In this document: in pieces, positions 12,061-25,935 of the stretch | How positions within the stretch are numbered: the first letter of the stretch is position 1 | How the letters are laid out: each line of letters begins with the position of its first letter | DNA from: Octopus sinensis | Lineage: Eukaryota | Reading direction: 5' to 3' | DNA: 64,000 bases | Assembly: GCF_006345805.1 (NCBI RefSeq) | Contig: NC_043007.1 | Coordinates: forward strand, 46,066,001 to 46,130,000 | Position numbers and translations under genes: made by a program | The notes under the pieces: model-generated | What the model was told of the DNA's origin: nothing | What the model saw: only the letters and a program-made list of their open reading frames with translations | The model's database searches: none

Positions 12061-15000
12061 TATATAAGAGATATGCATTTATGCTTGTGTAGCTGATAGT
12101 GGAGTGCCTTTGCATCTTATAGCTTTCTGGGAAATCCGTTGTAGAGTTTCGATTCCATACTATACATTTGCGGAATATATATCTGTCATATAGAACATAA
12201 TGATACAACATTCGCAATTAGTAACCAATGATCGACATCCATACTACATGGAGTTACATGCATGACATGTAATTATAAAAATTGCTCATGAAATTACGAG
12301 TGATACACAGATCTGCTTGATGAACTTATCTGTGCGACACACATATAATACTCTAACTGTTAAGTTAGGATTTCCTGTGTGATAAATCTACAATTCAATA
12401 TTATTAACAGAAGTAATTTTCATGTTAGATGGTTTTGATGGTGTCATACATAGTTACGGAAAAGACTTGTCTCTGTGACAAGTAGCAACTCCTCTCAACC
12501 TTAGTAACCGCTGATATACTTTAAGCAAGAAATGTGTATAAAATATATTAGTCATTGACATAAAAATAGCTATTCTCTTTTGCTTCATATTTAGATAACA
12601 TTTGCAGACGGTTAGTGGCGACTGTTGTAATAAAATATAAACGTTATTTCCAATGCGAATAAATGTTTACGTAAAATGAATCCTTAAAAAACTTGTCTTT
12701 ACTTATTATACGCCGAAATCAATCGTTCCTATAGAAAACATTACATAATACATAGTTTTGCACTTAACCTTGCTTCCTCAATGTCTTGTAATATGAAACG
12801 AAAACTATTAATATTTTTCTGTGCGGTTATATGGACAAATCGCATATATTTAAATTCCAAATTGCTATCTATCCAGGTTATTTCAGAAATTTCAAACTAT
12901 ATTTGAAATATGTAATCTAAATTGAATACTTTTATTATCATGTGCAGACGATAAAGTATGTTTCATATAAATATCCCAGAATTTAAAAGGTTACAAACAG
13001 AAGAGTGGAACGATGTCATGTATTTTTATATTTTTATATTGATAGCGACAAAAGTAATTCGAATTAGGGCAAATTGTACCTTTTCTAGTTGCATCTACGG
13101 AGAATAAATCGAGGCAAACAATATTTTTTCTTGACCTGAGTGTTTTTGTTACTGTTGTTTAGCGAGAAGTCACACCTTATTATACAAACGATAATATGCA
13201 ATCAATCACGTCCCACATGCGCTGTTAGTCTGACCTAGACTACATAATCTGACATAAATGCTCGATATAATTACACGGGTTCAAATGATTTGGAGGATAT
13301 TTGACTTTTATATTTTGTATCACGAATGAGTGGGTAAATGTTTCTCGCTGGTTTGTTTTAACTTGCGTAACAATAAAACGCAAATATCTCCATTAGTAAC
13401 TGGATATTTTTCTTGTTCTGCCCTGTCTTTATTTTTCATTAACATAAAGTTCATTGGTATGTTCATTCCTATGAATCTCATTTACAGATCGTCTAGTGCC
13501 CAAACAGCTATGATCGACAGCTTTATGGATCCAGATTTGCAATCTTTCAACCTAGATGAGAGACACAATAGAAACTGGACAGTAGTTAGTTTATAAGTGG
13601 AGTGTGGGTGATGTATTCAAAAGTTTTGTATATGTTGATATTAATTAGAATGGTACTTTCTAGTCGATTACTAACATTGAATGTGTATTTTTGAGTAAAA
13701 TATGTAAGTAGTGCGTTGTTTGAGACTAGTGATGGGCCTGTATTATGCTGATTTTTCTGCAAGGATAGAGTCAAATTTACTTCGTAGTTGTTAACTAGAT
13801 ATTAGTTTGCGTTCTACTATCGTATCTTGTTTGTATGATTTTGTTGTTGAAGTTGCAAAGTATTTGATACTGTACTTTGGTCAGTGATGAAGTTTGGATA
13901 GGCTGTTTTGTTGTTTGCATTTGTTGTTATGTGTAGTGCAACGTTGCAGCTCTTGGAATTGTTCTTGCTGCTAATTTACTTTCTATATAGTGTTACTGCT
14001 TCATTTGTTATTTGCATTTTATTGCTAATTGTTAACAGTAAATACTATGTTTACAATTGTAGAAGAGTAAATAAACCAGTAATAGTATAGTTTATTCCCA
14101 ATAATACGGCTACTAATTGCCTAATAAATGAAACTGTATCTGCTTAGTTATCCAGCCACGAAGAAATAAAGGAGACATGTTCATCAAATGATATGGCACA
14201 CATTTAGATAAAGAATTTTAGTGAACAATGTATCTAAGATATATAAAGGGAATGGGTGTTCACTACTGCCCGATAATAATCGACCTGGGTTTAATCCACA
14301 ACAGAAATGGAAAGGTAACCCATAATGAATTATTGCTTATTTTCTATGTGACTACTTAAATTTGATTACATTTCGATATGATAAACAAATAAACGTTGAT
14401 AAAATTTAAAGTAAAATTTTATAGAATTTGGCCAGCCTTTTTTTTTCTATAATATAATCATTAGTAATTATTTTAATTTGTTCATATATTTACATTAAAT
14501 TCAGGTATTTTTCTGTAAAATCCATTTAATTATTTCTTTAATAAAACGCCTATCTAATTGTTTGAATCAGAATTTCTTTGGTATCTTTAGAAACATTAAT
14601 ACATAAATAAATAAACCGGAAAACTTGCCATTCTGGATCCTAAAGTAATAACATTGAAGTAATTAGAACATTCTCAGAATGGAGCATTTATTTTTCTTCT
14701 CACACTTGAAGGCGTTTGAGATAATTACAAGTTATTTGTATCCTCAGCTGTTAGAGTTTCTCGAAGACAGCTATTTCATTACCTCCGGAAATATATTCAA
14801 ATAGTGAAAACTAAGAAAACAATTTTTACCAGAAAATAATTACATTCATCAAATTAAAATTTTTCCTATCTTCCTTTTTCACATATTGTACATTATCAAA
14901 GTTAATGTTTTGCTTTAGTTCTCCTTTGCTGAACATTTTTGTGATATTAAAACGAGCATGTATTAAATCACATTTCAGCAAAGATGATATCATGTGTTTA

Positions 15001-15321
15001 ACCGATGTTGTGTTTAGTTAATAAATATTTCTATAGCGTATTATCTATGATATATAATGCACACTATTCACTTGAACAAAAAATTAAAAAAAAACATAAA
15101 ATCTAAGGAATTTTGCAGAATTTGTTTTCTTGTGGTAAAGAAGTGTAAAAGGTAACTTAATATTCATATGGAACGAAATTGATTAACAATTTCGTTAGGA
15201 CTTAATCAAATGAAAACTGGAGTTCATGAGTTTTGCAGGTTTTATAATACTGAATGCAACACCGAAATCATATGAGGAGCAGAGTGAATTAAGAATAATG
15301 AATCCTTTCACATAATATCAG

Positions 15322-16272
15322 TTTCAATTTTTGGGTCAATGCCAATTATTTCGTGGGTGGAGTTAAGTTGGTCACATGAACCTCAGTGTTCAACTGGTAC
15401 TTATTTTACCGCCTCCAAAGGGATATAAGGCAATGTCGACGTTGGTGGAATTTTAAATCAGAACGTAAAGATACACGAAATGCTAATCATTTTGCCCGGT
15501 GTGCTAACCATTCCGTCAGCTCACCACCTTATCCTTTCACAATACCATTTTCAAATCTTGGCACTAGGCCAGCGATTTCGAGGGAGGTGTAAGACGAGTA
15601 CGTCGACCCCAGTGCTCAGCTGGTATTTGTTTTATCGAACCCAAAAGGAGAGGCGAAATCATACCCGGTGGGATTTGAACTCAGAACTTGCAGAGCGACA
15701 GCGACGAAATACCTATTTCTTTACTACCCTGAAGGGGCTAAACACAGAGAGGAGAAAAAAGGACAGACAAACGAATTAAGTCGATTATATGGACCCCAGT
15801 GTGTAACTGGTACTTATTTAATCGATCTCGAAAGGTTGAAAGGCAAAGTCGACCTCGGCGGAATTTGAACTCAGAACGTAGCGGCAGACAAAATACCTGT
15901 TTCTCTACTACCCACAAGGGGCTAAACACAGACAGGACAATCAAGGACAGAAAAACGGATTAAGTTGATTATATCGACCCTAGTGAGTAACTGGTACTTC
16001 AAATTAATCGACCCCGAAAGGATGAAAGGCAAAGTCGACCTCGGCGGAATTTGAACTCAGAACGTAGCGGCAGACGTTGTCGACTTTGCCTTTCATCCTT
16101 TCGGGGTCGATTAAATAAGTACCAGTTACGCACTGTGGTTGATATAAACGGCGTAATCCGTTTGTTTTTTGTCCTTGTTTGTCCTCTCTGTGTTTAACCC
16201 CTTGTGGGTAGTAAAGAAATAGATATTTCATCTGTCTTTACGTTCTGAGTTCAAATTCCTCCGATGTCGACT
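15322..16272. mobile_element. Cluster of about six SINE units (four minus, then two plus) forming a tandem plus inverted array
   Basis: Repeated GAAAGGCAAAGTCGACCTCGGCGGAATTTGAACTCAGAACGTAG units (~180-bp spacing at 15720-16077), then an inverted unit from ~16078. Confidence 0.85.
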
Positions 16273-17067
16273 AGTTATAACAAGTGTAATCTGTAGTTGA
16301 AGTATTGCAGATCTTCTGTATCTCTCTACATGAACTACTTCGACTAATGGTACTATCTCATACGAGATTCAACGGAATAGTCTATGCATATAGCTATTTT
16401 CTATCAATTCACATTATTCTTTATATTAGGTCTTGTTCAGATGAGGTGTGTTTTGAATAAATACCCTACACCTAAAGTAGTTTGAATTGCACATATAGAA
16501 TTATTTTGAAGTCAGAGTGTTGGAGCCTTTTAAACAGATATTTCAGGGCGTATTTGAACAACTATCAGATGCTATCCTCGTTGGATCTGTGGTCTACTAC
16601 GTCTACTAGTGGCCGTTTCGTTACAAAGGATCTGGATGTGTACCATTTGCTGTTTTTATGTTCTTCTTATATCATCGAGCATTTTGGGATTGCGTAGTCT
16701 TCATACTACATAAATAAATTAAAGCAATTCATGATATCCACTATTTCTATTGAGACGACCTTGTATTACAATTTTCCACTGACGTCAGTTCATTGATGGC
16801 GTTAATGCACTTGGCAAACATTCAAATAATGTCGAAATAACCATTCTTAAATAATTGTTGAATTACGGGGACTAACATTCCATATAATATAATATATAAT
16901 GTGTGAGTGCTATTTAAAATAAATGGCTCTTTAATTTCAAATGCAGATGTGTGACCACATCTTATAATGCGCATATAAAATTATGCCAATAAATACATTC
17001 AGTAAGTTGTGTGTACATATATGCATACCTGCACGCACACACACACACACACACATATATATCTGTG

Positions 17068-17100
<33 letters not shown>

Positions 17101-19888
17101 TGTATATATATGTACATATATATACGCACATTTTCACCCATATGTGAATGTATTTATGTATAAAGCGGCAGACACACATGAGCGAGATATATTAATAAAA
17201 GTAACCGGGGCTAAACGCAGAAATAAAACTTATATTTTTCTCTATTTCAATAAATTGTTTCTACGTACCAGAGATGTACACCACGAAGTATGTAAACATC
17301 AGATATATAATTTATGAAATTTAGATGTGACGAAACTGGTAATCTTAACGTTTGTGAGTTTAGTGCGGTGACTATTAAGTATGATTGTGAGGCAGAAAAT
17401 ACATGAACAAATATCCACGCTTGCGACACACATGTAGGAATCAATATTGCAAGGCACAAACAGCAATGGGTTTAGGGTTTTATATACTCTAAATGCCACA
17501 TTACCGAGTGTATGAAGAGTCATTAATTTTCAATACAATTTTATGTCGGTTTGCCAATATGGTTATTGCTCATCTCTTTAAAAAGTTGTATACCTTTAAA
17601 ATTGTAGAGGAATATAGTGTTGAGTCGTCGTTTCGAGACTAAATAATCTCTCGCGTGACATCGCTAGTGGGATAGACTTAATTTAGTTTCAGACAACGAA
17701 CATTTGCAAGTTAAGTACAAATACTGTAAAAGCCAAAAGCACGAAACGGTGTAGGATCGCCTGCTGCAGAGTGAGTTTTATTGATAACAGCTGGCATATG
17801 AAATTTGGAATAATGCTGAAAATAATATATTATGAATTATAGAAGCTTAAACAAACAATTCGGTACAATTAATTATTAGATTCATTAAAATCAATTAGAG
17901 TTTTATACAAAGATTCAGCAATCACTATTCAAGACATATCGTTGAGAAATTATATGAAATTACCAAATATGACAGCCATTTTATAGTAGAGGAATTACAT
18001 ACTATTTAGCAGAGAAGATGAGAATATTTTGCTTCTTATTTTCGACACTTTCATAAACAATCTGGGTATCGATGGTGACTAAAATTTCACGAAAATAATC
18101 CGTTGTCATCATCAGTTGCTACTTGATGTATATGAAGTGTTTCGATATGTCTGTGTGGTGGGGATGGGTATTTTTGTGTTCTGAATGGATAATAGAAAAA
18201 TTAAAGGAAAAAATACCATGCGGTGATGCGTGGAGTAATTTTACTTGAAGTAACGGCTGTAATACCATTTGCGTGTATGGTTAATAAAACTTTTGGCATT
18301 TCATTTGACTCTAAATTGCGTTTAATAAAAATGGATATTTAGTTTATTAGTTGTCTTTTTTTATTTAACTTGTTTTATGTGTTACAGTTAAATTATTCCA
18401 CATACGCTTAAAATATTTTTGCATCAAACACAAGATATTTAACACAAGCATCTATAAGTGATAGCTTTGTAGACCGAAACAAATAAACTTGCAAGTAAAA
18501 CATTAGAAAATATTTGAAAATCACCAGATCTAATACTTATTCCTTTGTTTCTGCTTCCTAAATCTTGTAAGTGTCGATCAATGACCTAGTGGGGAGTAGC
18601 ATCATTAGAGAGAGAAGTTGAAAGGAGAGAAAGGGTAAGAGAGAAAGAGAAAGGGAGGGAGGCAGACGCTTTAAATGGCTGCTCGATGTGCAAGATATAA
18701 CAGATATACGTTCCTCAATTCACATAAAATAGATCAGGAAACACAACAGAAGATGTATCAAAGAGAATCACTAGGGTTGTAATATTCTATAGCTGTCTTA
18801 CATAAAAGACGAACTGGTTTAACGACAAGAACAAAATATGATATATGCAGACTATTGGATTAACAGTACCGCCTCCCTAAATATGTAAAACGCCATTGTA
18901 AGTACTGATCTAAACAAACACAACTCTAAAAATAAGCCAGTTATTTCGAATGCAACTTGCTATCAACAAGAATTTCTTAAGATATTAGCGAAATGGTGTA
19001 GTGAGAAAAATTAAGAATAACGCATCAGACTAATATAATATGGAATGTTATCAGAATAGTATTGTAAGAAAATATATCGCATGTGTGGCTAAAATATAAT
19101 ATCCAATCATAATGGGTGAATTTTAAGAAGCTATAATAGACACCGGTGTAAGATAACCCGAATAACTGTCGAAAGAAACGTTATCTGTAATTACAATAGA
19201 ATCAGATAAATTGGTAACGTGATTTATACTTTAAAAAACGCCCGAAGAAAGATAAAACAATACACACTGTTAGTGCTTAAGAAATTTACTACGTCACACT
19301 GGTATTTTTCTCTCATGAAAGAAAGGAATATGAGAATACTTTTGTTCTTGACATTTTTGTAATTGGAGTTTTCAGGTTTTGCAGGTGATACATTGAAAGT
19401 GATTTATTTTTGTAGTGTGTGTTAATGTTGGTGTTGGTTTCATCACTTTCATTGAACACAAAGATGATCTCATTTTTCTTTCTAAATAACGTTGATGTTG
19501 TTCTGGGCAGCTCACTTGCAATTAAGCCATACTGGAACAATAATGGAGAGATCTCCTCCCTAACACTGAACATATTTCTTTGTTGGGTAGCTAAAGTATG
19601 TTTATTTTTAAGCTGATAAAGTGTGGAGCAGGGAATAGTTGGCTCATATTTCTTCTGGGTCAAATGACCACTTAGTGGGTCACTCATTCATAATGTGTAC
19701 TTGCTATCATATAAGGAACGCATTAGTACGTTCATAAAAGAAGTCTCGTTCCTGTGGTTTAAGTATCAAATCAGTTATAAACAGTGAGTAATGTGGTAGT
19801 TATAGCTTAGCTTCAATTCAATTGATGAATAGATGATCAAAGGTCTAGCAATAGATAGCTGGTATTGATAGGAGATAGAACAACTATA

Positions 19889-20395
19889 CAGGGTGGTTGA
19901 AAAGTAAGTAGGCATTATAAATTGGTAATAAAATCCATATTCGTTTTACAAATGTATTGAAAGAAATGATAGGTGTTTTTTTATTACATTGGAAAAATGA
20001 AAGTAAATTTTCATAATTCAACGTAAGCACCGGTGGATTCAACCAGTCTGCTCAAAAGGACAGGGATGGAATGAACAACATTCTGAAGGACGTCATCCGG
20101 AATATCATTGAGAACCTCATGAATCCGTATCTCCAAGTTCTCCAGGTTTTGTCTTGTACACCTCTTTTGTGTAATGCCACAGGTAAAACTCGCATAGAGT
20201 GAGATCCGGACTTGGGCTTCACGAGGTCTGCGTAGTCTCATCAGGTTTTCGCTCCTGCACGTAACTAGGTTTCCATGGACAAAAATTCAGTTCTTTATGC
20301 AACATCGTGCGTATCGTGTGTCATGTTAGTCTACCTTCACGTGCTGCTTGACGTGTAGGTTTCAATACCGTCTCTTCACCGACATGAACATTTGG
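19889..20395 (-). mobile_element. Tc1/mariner-superfamily transposase relic (C-terminus) with one terminus
   Basis: TA|CAGGGTGG terminus at 19887; peptide NLENLEIRIHEVLNDIPDDVLQNVVHSIPVLLSRLVESTGAYVEL resembles Tc1/Tc3-type C-termini. Confidence 0.65.
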
Positions 20396-20399
20396 CAAT

Positions 20400-20596
20400 A
20401 TAGCAGTGATGAATATATCATGATGATTTTTCACCCAGCAGTATGAAACGACTTCACCAATTATATCCAGGCACTGCGACACCCATGGAAGAATTCTATG
20501 GGCTACAAGGGGGACTATGTTGAGAAATAGATTTCAGTTGGTCGCATTCCATGAGAGTTTATTTGTCAGCCTATGAACTTTTCAATGGACCCTTGT
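20400..20596 (+). mobile_element. Mariner 3' end with TIR
   Basis: GIQAL..W.K....KGDYVEK*-like coding end, then GTCAGCCTATGAACTTTTCA, matching the TIR at 60210-60240. Confidence 0.8.
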
Positions 20597-20639
20597 ATGT
20601 AACTTAATATACATGTTTCATGGGCAATATTTTTACTTG

Positions 20640-20795
20640 CTATTGTCCGTCTTTACGTTTTGAATTCGATTTCTGCCGGGCTCGACTTTGCTTTTCTTCT
20701 TTTCAGGCCGATGAAATAAGTACCAATTGTGCAGTGGGGTCGATGTTATCGACTCACCCCCTCCTCCGAATTTGTAGGCCTTGCGTCAAAATTTC
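20640..20795 (+). mobile_element. Diverged SINE fragment (first family)
   Basis: TCGACTTTGCTTTTCTTCTTTTCAGGCCGATGAAATAAGTACCA..GGGGTCGATG. Confidence 0.65.
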
Positions 20796-21821
20796 GAACA
20801 AATATTTTAGTTGCTTTATGACTGTTATTCATGACATTTAGAGTAAATGTAGCAAATGAACAAGACACACGAAGCTAGAAATTATTTTTTGCTCTAGTCT
20901 TCATTCATTCTTCAAGCACTAATTATGTCTAGTTTAGAAGATACAAAGAAAAATATGACATATAATTGAGGGATTACACAGCTGGATATTTCTAAACTCT
21001 AGTCGTCTAGGCATGTATTGAAAACTCATCTGATATGTACTAAAATGGAATTTGAACTTGGAAATTCAAGAAACAAACCTCACAGCATTGAGTTCTGCAC
21101 TCATCTGTTAATGATGTAATACCTCCTTAAATTAGAATTGTTAGCACTTGATTTATCCAATTAAATCGTTCTTCCACAGCCTTCAAACATTCTGTTTCAT
21201 TCACAAAATATTTTCCTATTATCTTCCTTATGATCTTACGTCTTCTTATTTTCAAACGAGCTCGCTATCTCACTAATTGGAGGCAGAAGTATCTTAATAA
21301 TTTGCACACTACACTCTAAAAATTGATGACTGTTCCTGAAGATTTTAATAATTTTCCCAGGAGCCCTTTATGCTATTCGCCATAGAGAAATGTCCACCCT
21401 TTAATCTAAGCATGAAGCGCTACTTAGTTTAAAACCAAAAACCCGTGGTTCTTAAGCTGTTTACTGCTGCTGTCTTTACCACTCTCTACGCTAGAGTTCC
21501 TATTCAAACGCAAATGTAGTGGGGTAGAAAATACTATGTACCAAAAAGTTTACATTCTGCTAAGGAATCCAAATTGTTATCATTAAAAAGAAAACAAAAA
21601 GTAAAAATAGTTCTCATACCTCTGTGATCATACCATAATCTCTAGCTGCTGGAATCAATAGCATGCAGCACAAAATACTCAGCAGAATTTCTTCCGGGTT
21701 AGCTTTGTGAGGTCAAGTGCAGCGGTCAAATTTGTATTTTAACTTTGCGGGGTCTATAAAAGAAGTCACTGTTGAGCACCGGCGTCGATGAATTCGACTA
21801 AGCCATTCCCTACTAGCAGCA

Positions 21822-22195
21822 ATGCCTATTGTGGTAAGACGTTTGCTTCCCAACCACATGATTCTGATTCAATCCCACCGCGTGGCACCTTGGACAAGTG
21901 CTTCCTACCACAGCTTCAGGCGGACCAATGCCTCGTAAGTGAATCTGAATGACGGAAACTGAAAAAATCTCGTTGTGTATATATCTACGGGCATGTGTTT
22001 GCTCCCATCATAGCTTGAGAATCGGTGTTGCTTTATCTATGTCTCGTAAGCAGGCGGTTCAGCAGACAAAGACCGATCGTATAAGTACCAGGCTTGAAAA
22101 ACATTTCCTGAGGTCTATTCTTTGAACTAAAGCATTTCAAATCGGCGCCTCAGCATGGCCGTAGTCCGATGACTAAAACAACTAAAAGACAACAG
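21822..22195 (+). mobile_element. tRNA-derived CORE-like SINE (third family)
   Basis: TGTGGTAAG..CAACCACATG..CGTGGCACCTTGGACAAGTG..GACGGAAACTGAAA; tail CAGCATGGCCGTAGTC; homologous to 38955-39362 and 58195-58600. Confidence 0.8.
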
Positions 22196-22287
22196 ATAAT
22201 ATAATGCAATCGTTTGGTTTTCGGGAGCGTGGTAACGAGCAAAACTTATTGGCATCCTGTTAAATGCATCAGTATATTCTCATTCGT

Positions 22288-22500
22288 AAGGCGGCGAGCT
22301 GGCAGAATCGTTAGCACGCTGGACAAAATGCTTAGCGGTATTTCGCCCATCGCTACGCTCTGAGTTCAAATTCCGCCTAGGTCGACTTTGCCTTTCATCC
22401 TTTTGGGGTCATTAAATCAAGTACCAGTTACGTACTGGGGTCGATCTAATCGACTGAACCCTCTCCACAAACTTCAAGCCTTGTGTCTATTTTAGAAAGG
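22288..22500 (+). mobile_element. Full-length SINE (first family) with imperfect TSD
   Basis: AAGGCGGCGAGCTGGCAGAATCGTTAG head; flanks AGTATATTCTCATTCGT (22271) and AGTATATTCTTATCCGT (22501). Confidence 0.88.
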
Positions 22501-23064
22501 AGTATATTCTTATCCGTGTATCTATCACCTCATTTGTAATTTCCTTAATTATCTTAGTTTCAAACTCTTGCAGGTTTAGGTTCTGGAAACTTCTTAATTT
22601 TCCACGTCTTCCTTCAAAATATTTCCTTCCCGTTCGAATATCTTCCACACAGAAACACAAAGAAGCACACAGACACGCATATACACACCAATACTAACGC
22701 ACCTGCACTCACACATATACAAATATACTTACTGTGTAAAATTTCCCAGTATTACCCAGGATCATATACCAATCATTTACTCTATTGATCAATCAGCCAT
22801 GAGTTAATCTTACAGTGTCCCATATTATATTATGGTCCAGTTTGAAGGTGGCATGCACCGTAAAACATAAAGCAACCAAAATACTTAGAATAATCCAATA
22901 AAATATTCGAGAAATATTAGTGTGATGCTTGATTTGTGATTGTTGGTAGGGTTTTAATGACATTAGTAACTCTATCAATTAGGACATTTTAAATACCAGA
23001 CAGGTACGGATAATAGTGGCTGGCAGAAATAATTGAAAAACATGCTTTATTCAGTGTCAGAGTG

Positions 23065-24137
23065 ATTTTTCAACTCCAGGAGATTGCAGGCTGTCACAAA
23101 GGTGAGGGAGACAGTCGTCAGAGACTTTCTCTTTGCTGACGACTGCGCCCTTAATGCAATCGATGAGCAGGAGATGCAGCTCGAGATGGACAGGTTCTCA
23201 TCAGCCTGTGACAACTTCGGTCTCACCATCAGTGCAAAGAAAACCGAAGTGATGTTTCAGCCAGCCCCCGGCAAACAATACCATGAGCCTCAGATAAGGG
23301 TGAACGGACGGATCTTACGAGTGGTGGAAAACTTCACCTACCTGGGCAGCACTCTCTCCTGCAATGCCAACATAGATGCTGAAACCATCAACAGAATCTC
23401 CAAGGCAAGCAGCGCATTTGGGAGACTGCGAAAGAAAGTCTGGGAGCGGAGAGGAATCAGCCTCAACACCAAGCTGAAAGTCTACCGGGCAGTCGTGCTT
23501 ACCACTCTACTATACGGCTGCGAGACGTGGACTGCTACCGAAGGCACGAGCGCCAGATAAACCACTTCCATCTCAGGTGTCTTCGGAATCTCCTTCACAT
23601 CCGCTGTGGAGGACAAAGTCCCAGACACGGAAGTTCTGAAGCAGGCAGATCTCCCTAGCACCATCACAATCATGCGCAAGGCCCAGCTGAGATGGGCGGG
23701 CCACGTCTCCCGCATGTCCGACACTCGCATCCCAAAACAGCTCTGCTACGGTGAACTCGGCCAGGGCAGGCGCAAAGTCGGAGGGCAGAAAAAGGATAGA
23801 AAAAGGATAGTCTCAAGGTCTCTCTCAAAGACTTCTCCATCGGAACAGAGACCTGGGAGACACTTGCTGCCAACCGCTCATCCTGGCGCAGCGCAATCAC
23901 CGTGGGAGCAGGGACAGCCGAGGAGGGACGGATTCGGTCAGCGGAGCAGAAACGTCAGATGCGTAAAGTCAGAGCCGCCTGCACCAGTAGCACTGCCCCT
24001 ACCCACTTCTGCCCCACCTGTGGGAGGGGCTTCCTTGCCCGGATTGGCCTCACCAGCCACCTCCGGTCTCATGGCGGCAGTTCCATCAGATGATGTCAGT
24101 TGGTCATCTTCGAACCGAAGGACGAACATTATTATTA
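23065..24137 (+). mobile_element. 5'-truncated RTE-clade LINE (RT C-terminal half, terminal C2H2 finger), frameshifted
   Basis: FLFADDCAL, FGLTISAKKTEVM, FTYLGSTLS, LLYGCETWT, QLRWAGHVSRM, CPTCGRGFLARIGLTSHLRSH; short 3' UTR ending in (ATT)n; GC-rich relative to flanks. Confidence 0.92.
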
Positions 24138-24559
24138 TGATTTATCCAAGAACGTGAGAGGAGCAAATTAAAATATACTCACCTCTAGATTGGTACAGGG
24201 TGTAAATAGACGTAAAAGAACATTTAATAAAATGTCTGACTGGTGTTTGGAAAAATGCGCTTTTCGTCGGCGAGCCCGGGGTATATCAGAGTGTTTGTAT
24301 GGTTTCAATACAGAGAACGATTGATGTTGACCGGTCATTTGAATGTATCAAATATATTCCTATAATCTCAAAGTACTTATGATGTCGGAAGTTATGTTCT
24401 CCCTCATCTTTGTGTACGTATGCAGACAGTTAGTAATCATGGAAGTTTTGATAAGGATATGTGACCCATAGGGTTTGCGAATGATGCCATTCCGAAAGAC
24501 GTATGTAAACTACAGGGCTGATGCTGGGAAGGAATGATGATTTCTAGTTTGTGTAAAGG

Positions 24560-24840
24560 GTATGCAATTTTGGGCTTAGCGGTTGTCGAATGTATCAAAT
24601 TCGCTCATAATCCACGAATGTTATTTTATCTTACAAATGCCAAAAGTGAGAAAGTCAAAGATGAAATCGGCTGGATTTGAACAGGATTTCAGAAGAAATA
24701 TCTCAAAGCATTTGTCCCGTGCTTTAATGTTTCGGCTAGCTACCTTTCATAGATAAAATAATATTTTCTACTATTGGAAAAGTGCCTAATTTGGGGGAGA
24801 AGCTGATTACCTCAACCCAATGTCTGACTGGTACTTAGTA
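24560..24840 (-). mobile_element. Very diverged SINE copies (first family)
   Basis: AAAGTCAAAG..GATTTGAAC..AAAGCATTT..GCTAGCT remnants. Confidence 0.45.
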
Positions 24841-25498
24841 GTAATTTCCCCTTGGTCAACGGTCATTGTCATAGCACTTTTTGATTGTCTTAATAACGAA
24901 CGAGATATACGAAAGTCAGGGTTTTATTATTGCAACCGAATAATTGTCACATATTATATTTCATATATATATTCTTTTGCTGGATGGTTCCTAAGGATGG
25001 TGTATAATCGGTCGACATCACAACAATCATTTGAACAGGACGTCGTTGCATTGCATTGCTCGAGGCAAAGCTGAGTACGGCGAGATTTGAACTGAAAGAG
25101 TATGTTATCATTAAAGGTTGAAAGAAATATCGCTGCATATTTTGCTCTTCGTGGGTTGTACGTGTTTATGCTTCTGTCAGTTTCCACTCATACACATACA
25201 GACACGTGCATGTGTATGTATGTATGAATGTATGTATGTGTGTATGTGTGTATGTGTGAGTGTGTGCGCTTGCACGAATATGAAAATATATTGGTCTTGC
25301 ACAAAAATTTGAAAGCAATATTTATGACGGTTTACAATAATCATTATTTATATCTTTATAAAGAAAAACCACAAACTTCAGATCGACAGCACTTAGAACA
25401 ACAATGGGGGATATAGAGGAAAAAAGGAAAGAAAAAAGGAACAGGAGAACGTGGCGGCGGAAAAAGAGACAGAAAGGGAGAGAGAGAGAGAGAGAAAG

Positions 25499-25530
<32 letters not shown>

Positions 25531-25828
25531 ACATACATATATACATACATACATACATACATACATACATACATACTTACATACATACGTACATACATAC
25601 ATACACATATATATACATATATAAATATATATATATATATATACTAAGCAGTAAAGGGTTTAGCAACGAATTGCCTTACCACATACCGAATTTAGAAATA
25701 GCAGTCAAAGGGTTTTAGCTATTTCTTCTACTAAAAAGGAGATCTCAGTAAAAACAGCAATTTGAAGGCAGACACAAACAGGTAAGAGAGAATGAATTGA
25801 CGGCAATCTATCATACATTTTAAAGTTA

Positions 25829-25935
25829 TCTACGGACGTACGTTTCGAAATCAAGTTTTTAGGAAAGCATAAGAATTAAATATTAAATATTAAATAATTC
25901 TATCTTACCGAAACTTCTTTTCTCTTCAGCGTAGA
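25829..25935 (-). ncRNA. Type I hammerhead ribozyme, array copy 1
   Basis: Minus strand: TCTACG-CTGAAGA-[G..C ~75-nt stem II]-GAAAC-GTAC-GTC-CGTAGA; intact core, 6-bp stem I. Confidence 0.85.

Noticed and set aside
16434-16487. Hammerhead-like fold (CAGATGA-GGTGT..ACACC-TAAA); similar traces at ~40885-40922 and ~51190-51275
   Set aside because: Core boxes or stem I are broken; not distinguishable from chance by eye.
19313-19687. 124-aa ORF in non-repetitive sequence
   Set aside because: No recognisable domain or convincing splice pair; cannot be supported without a search.
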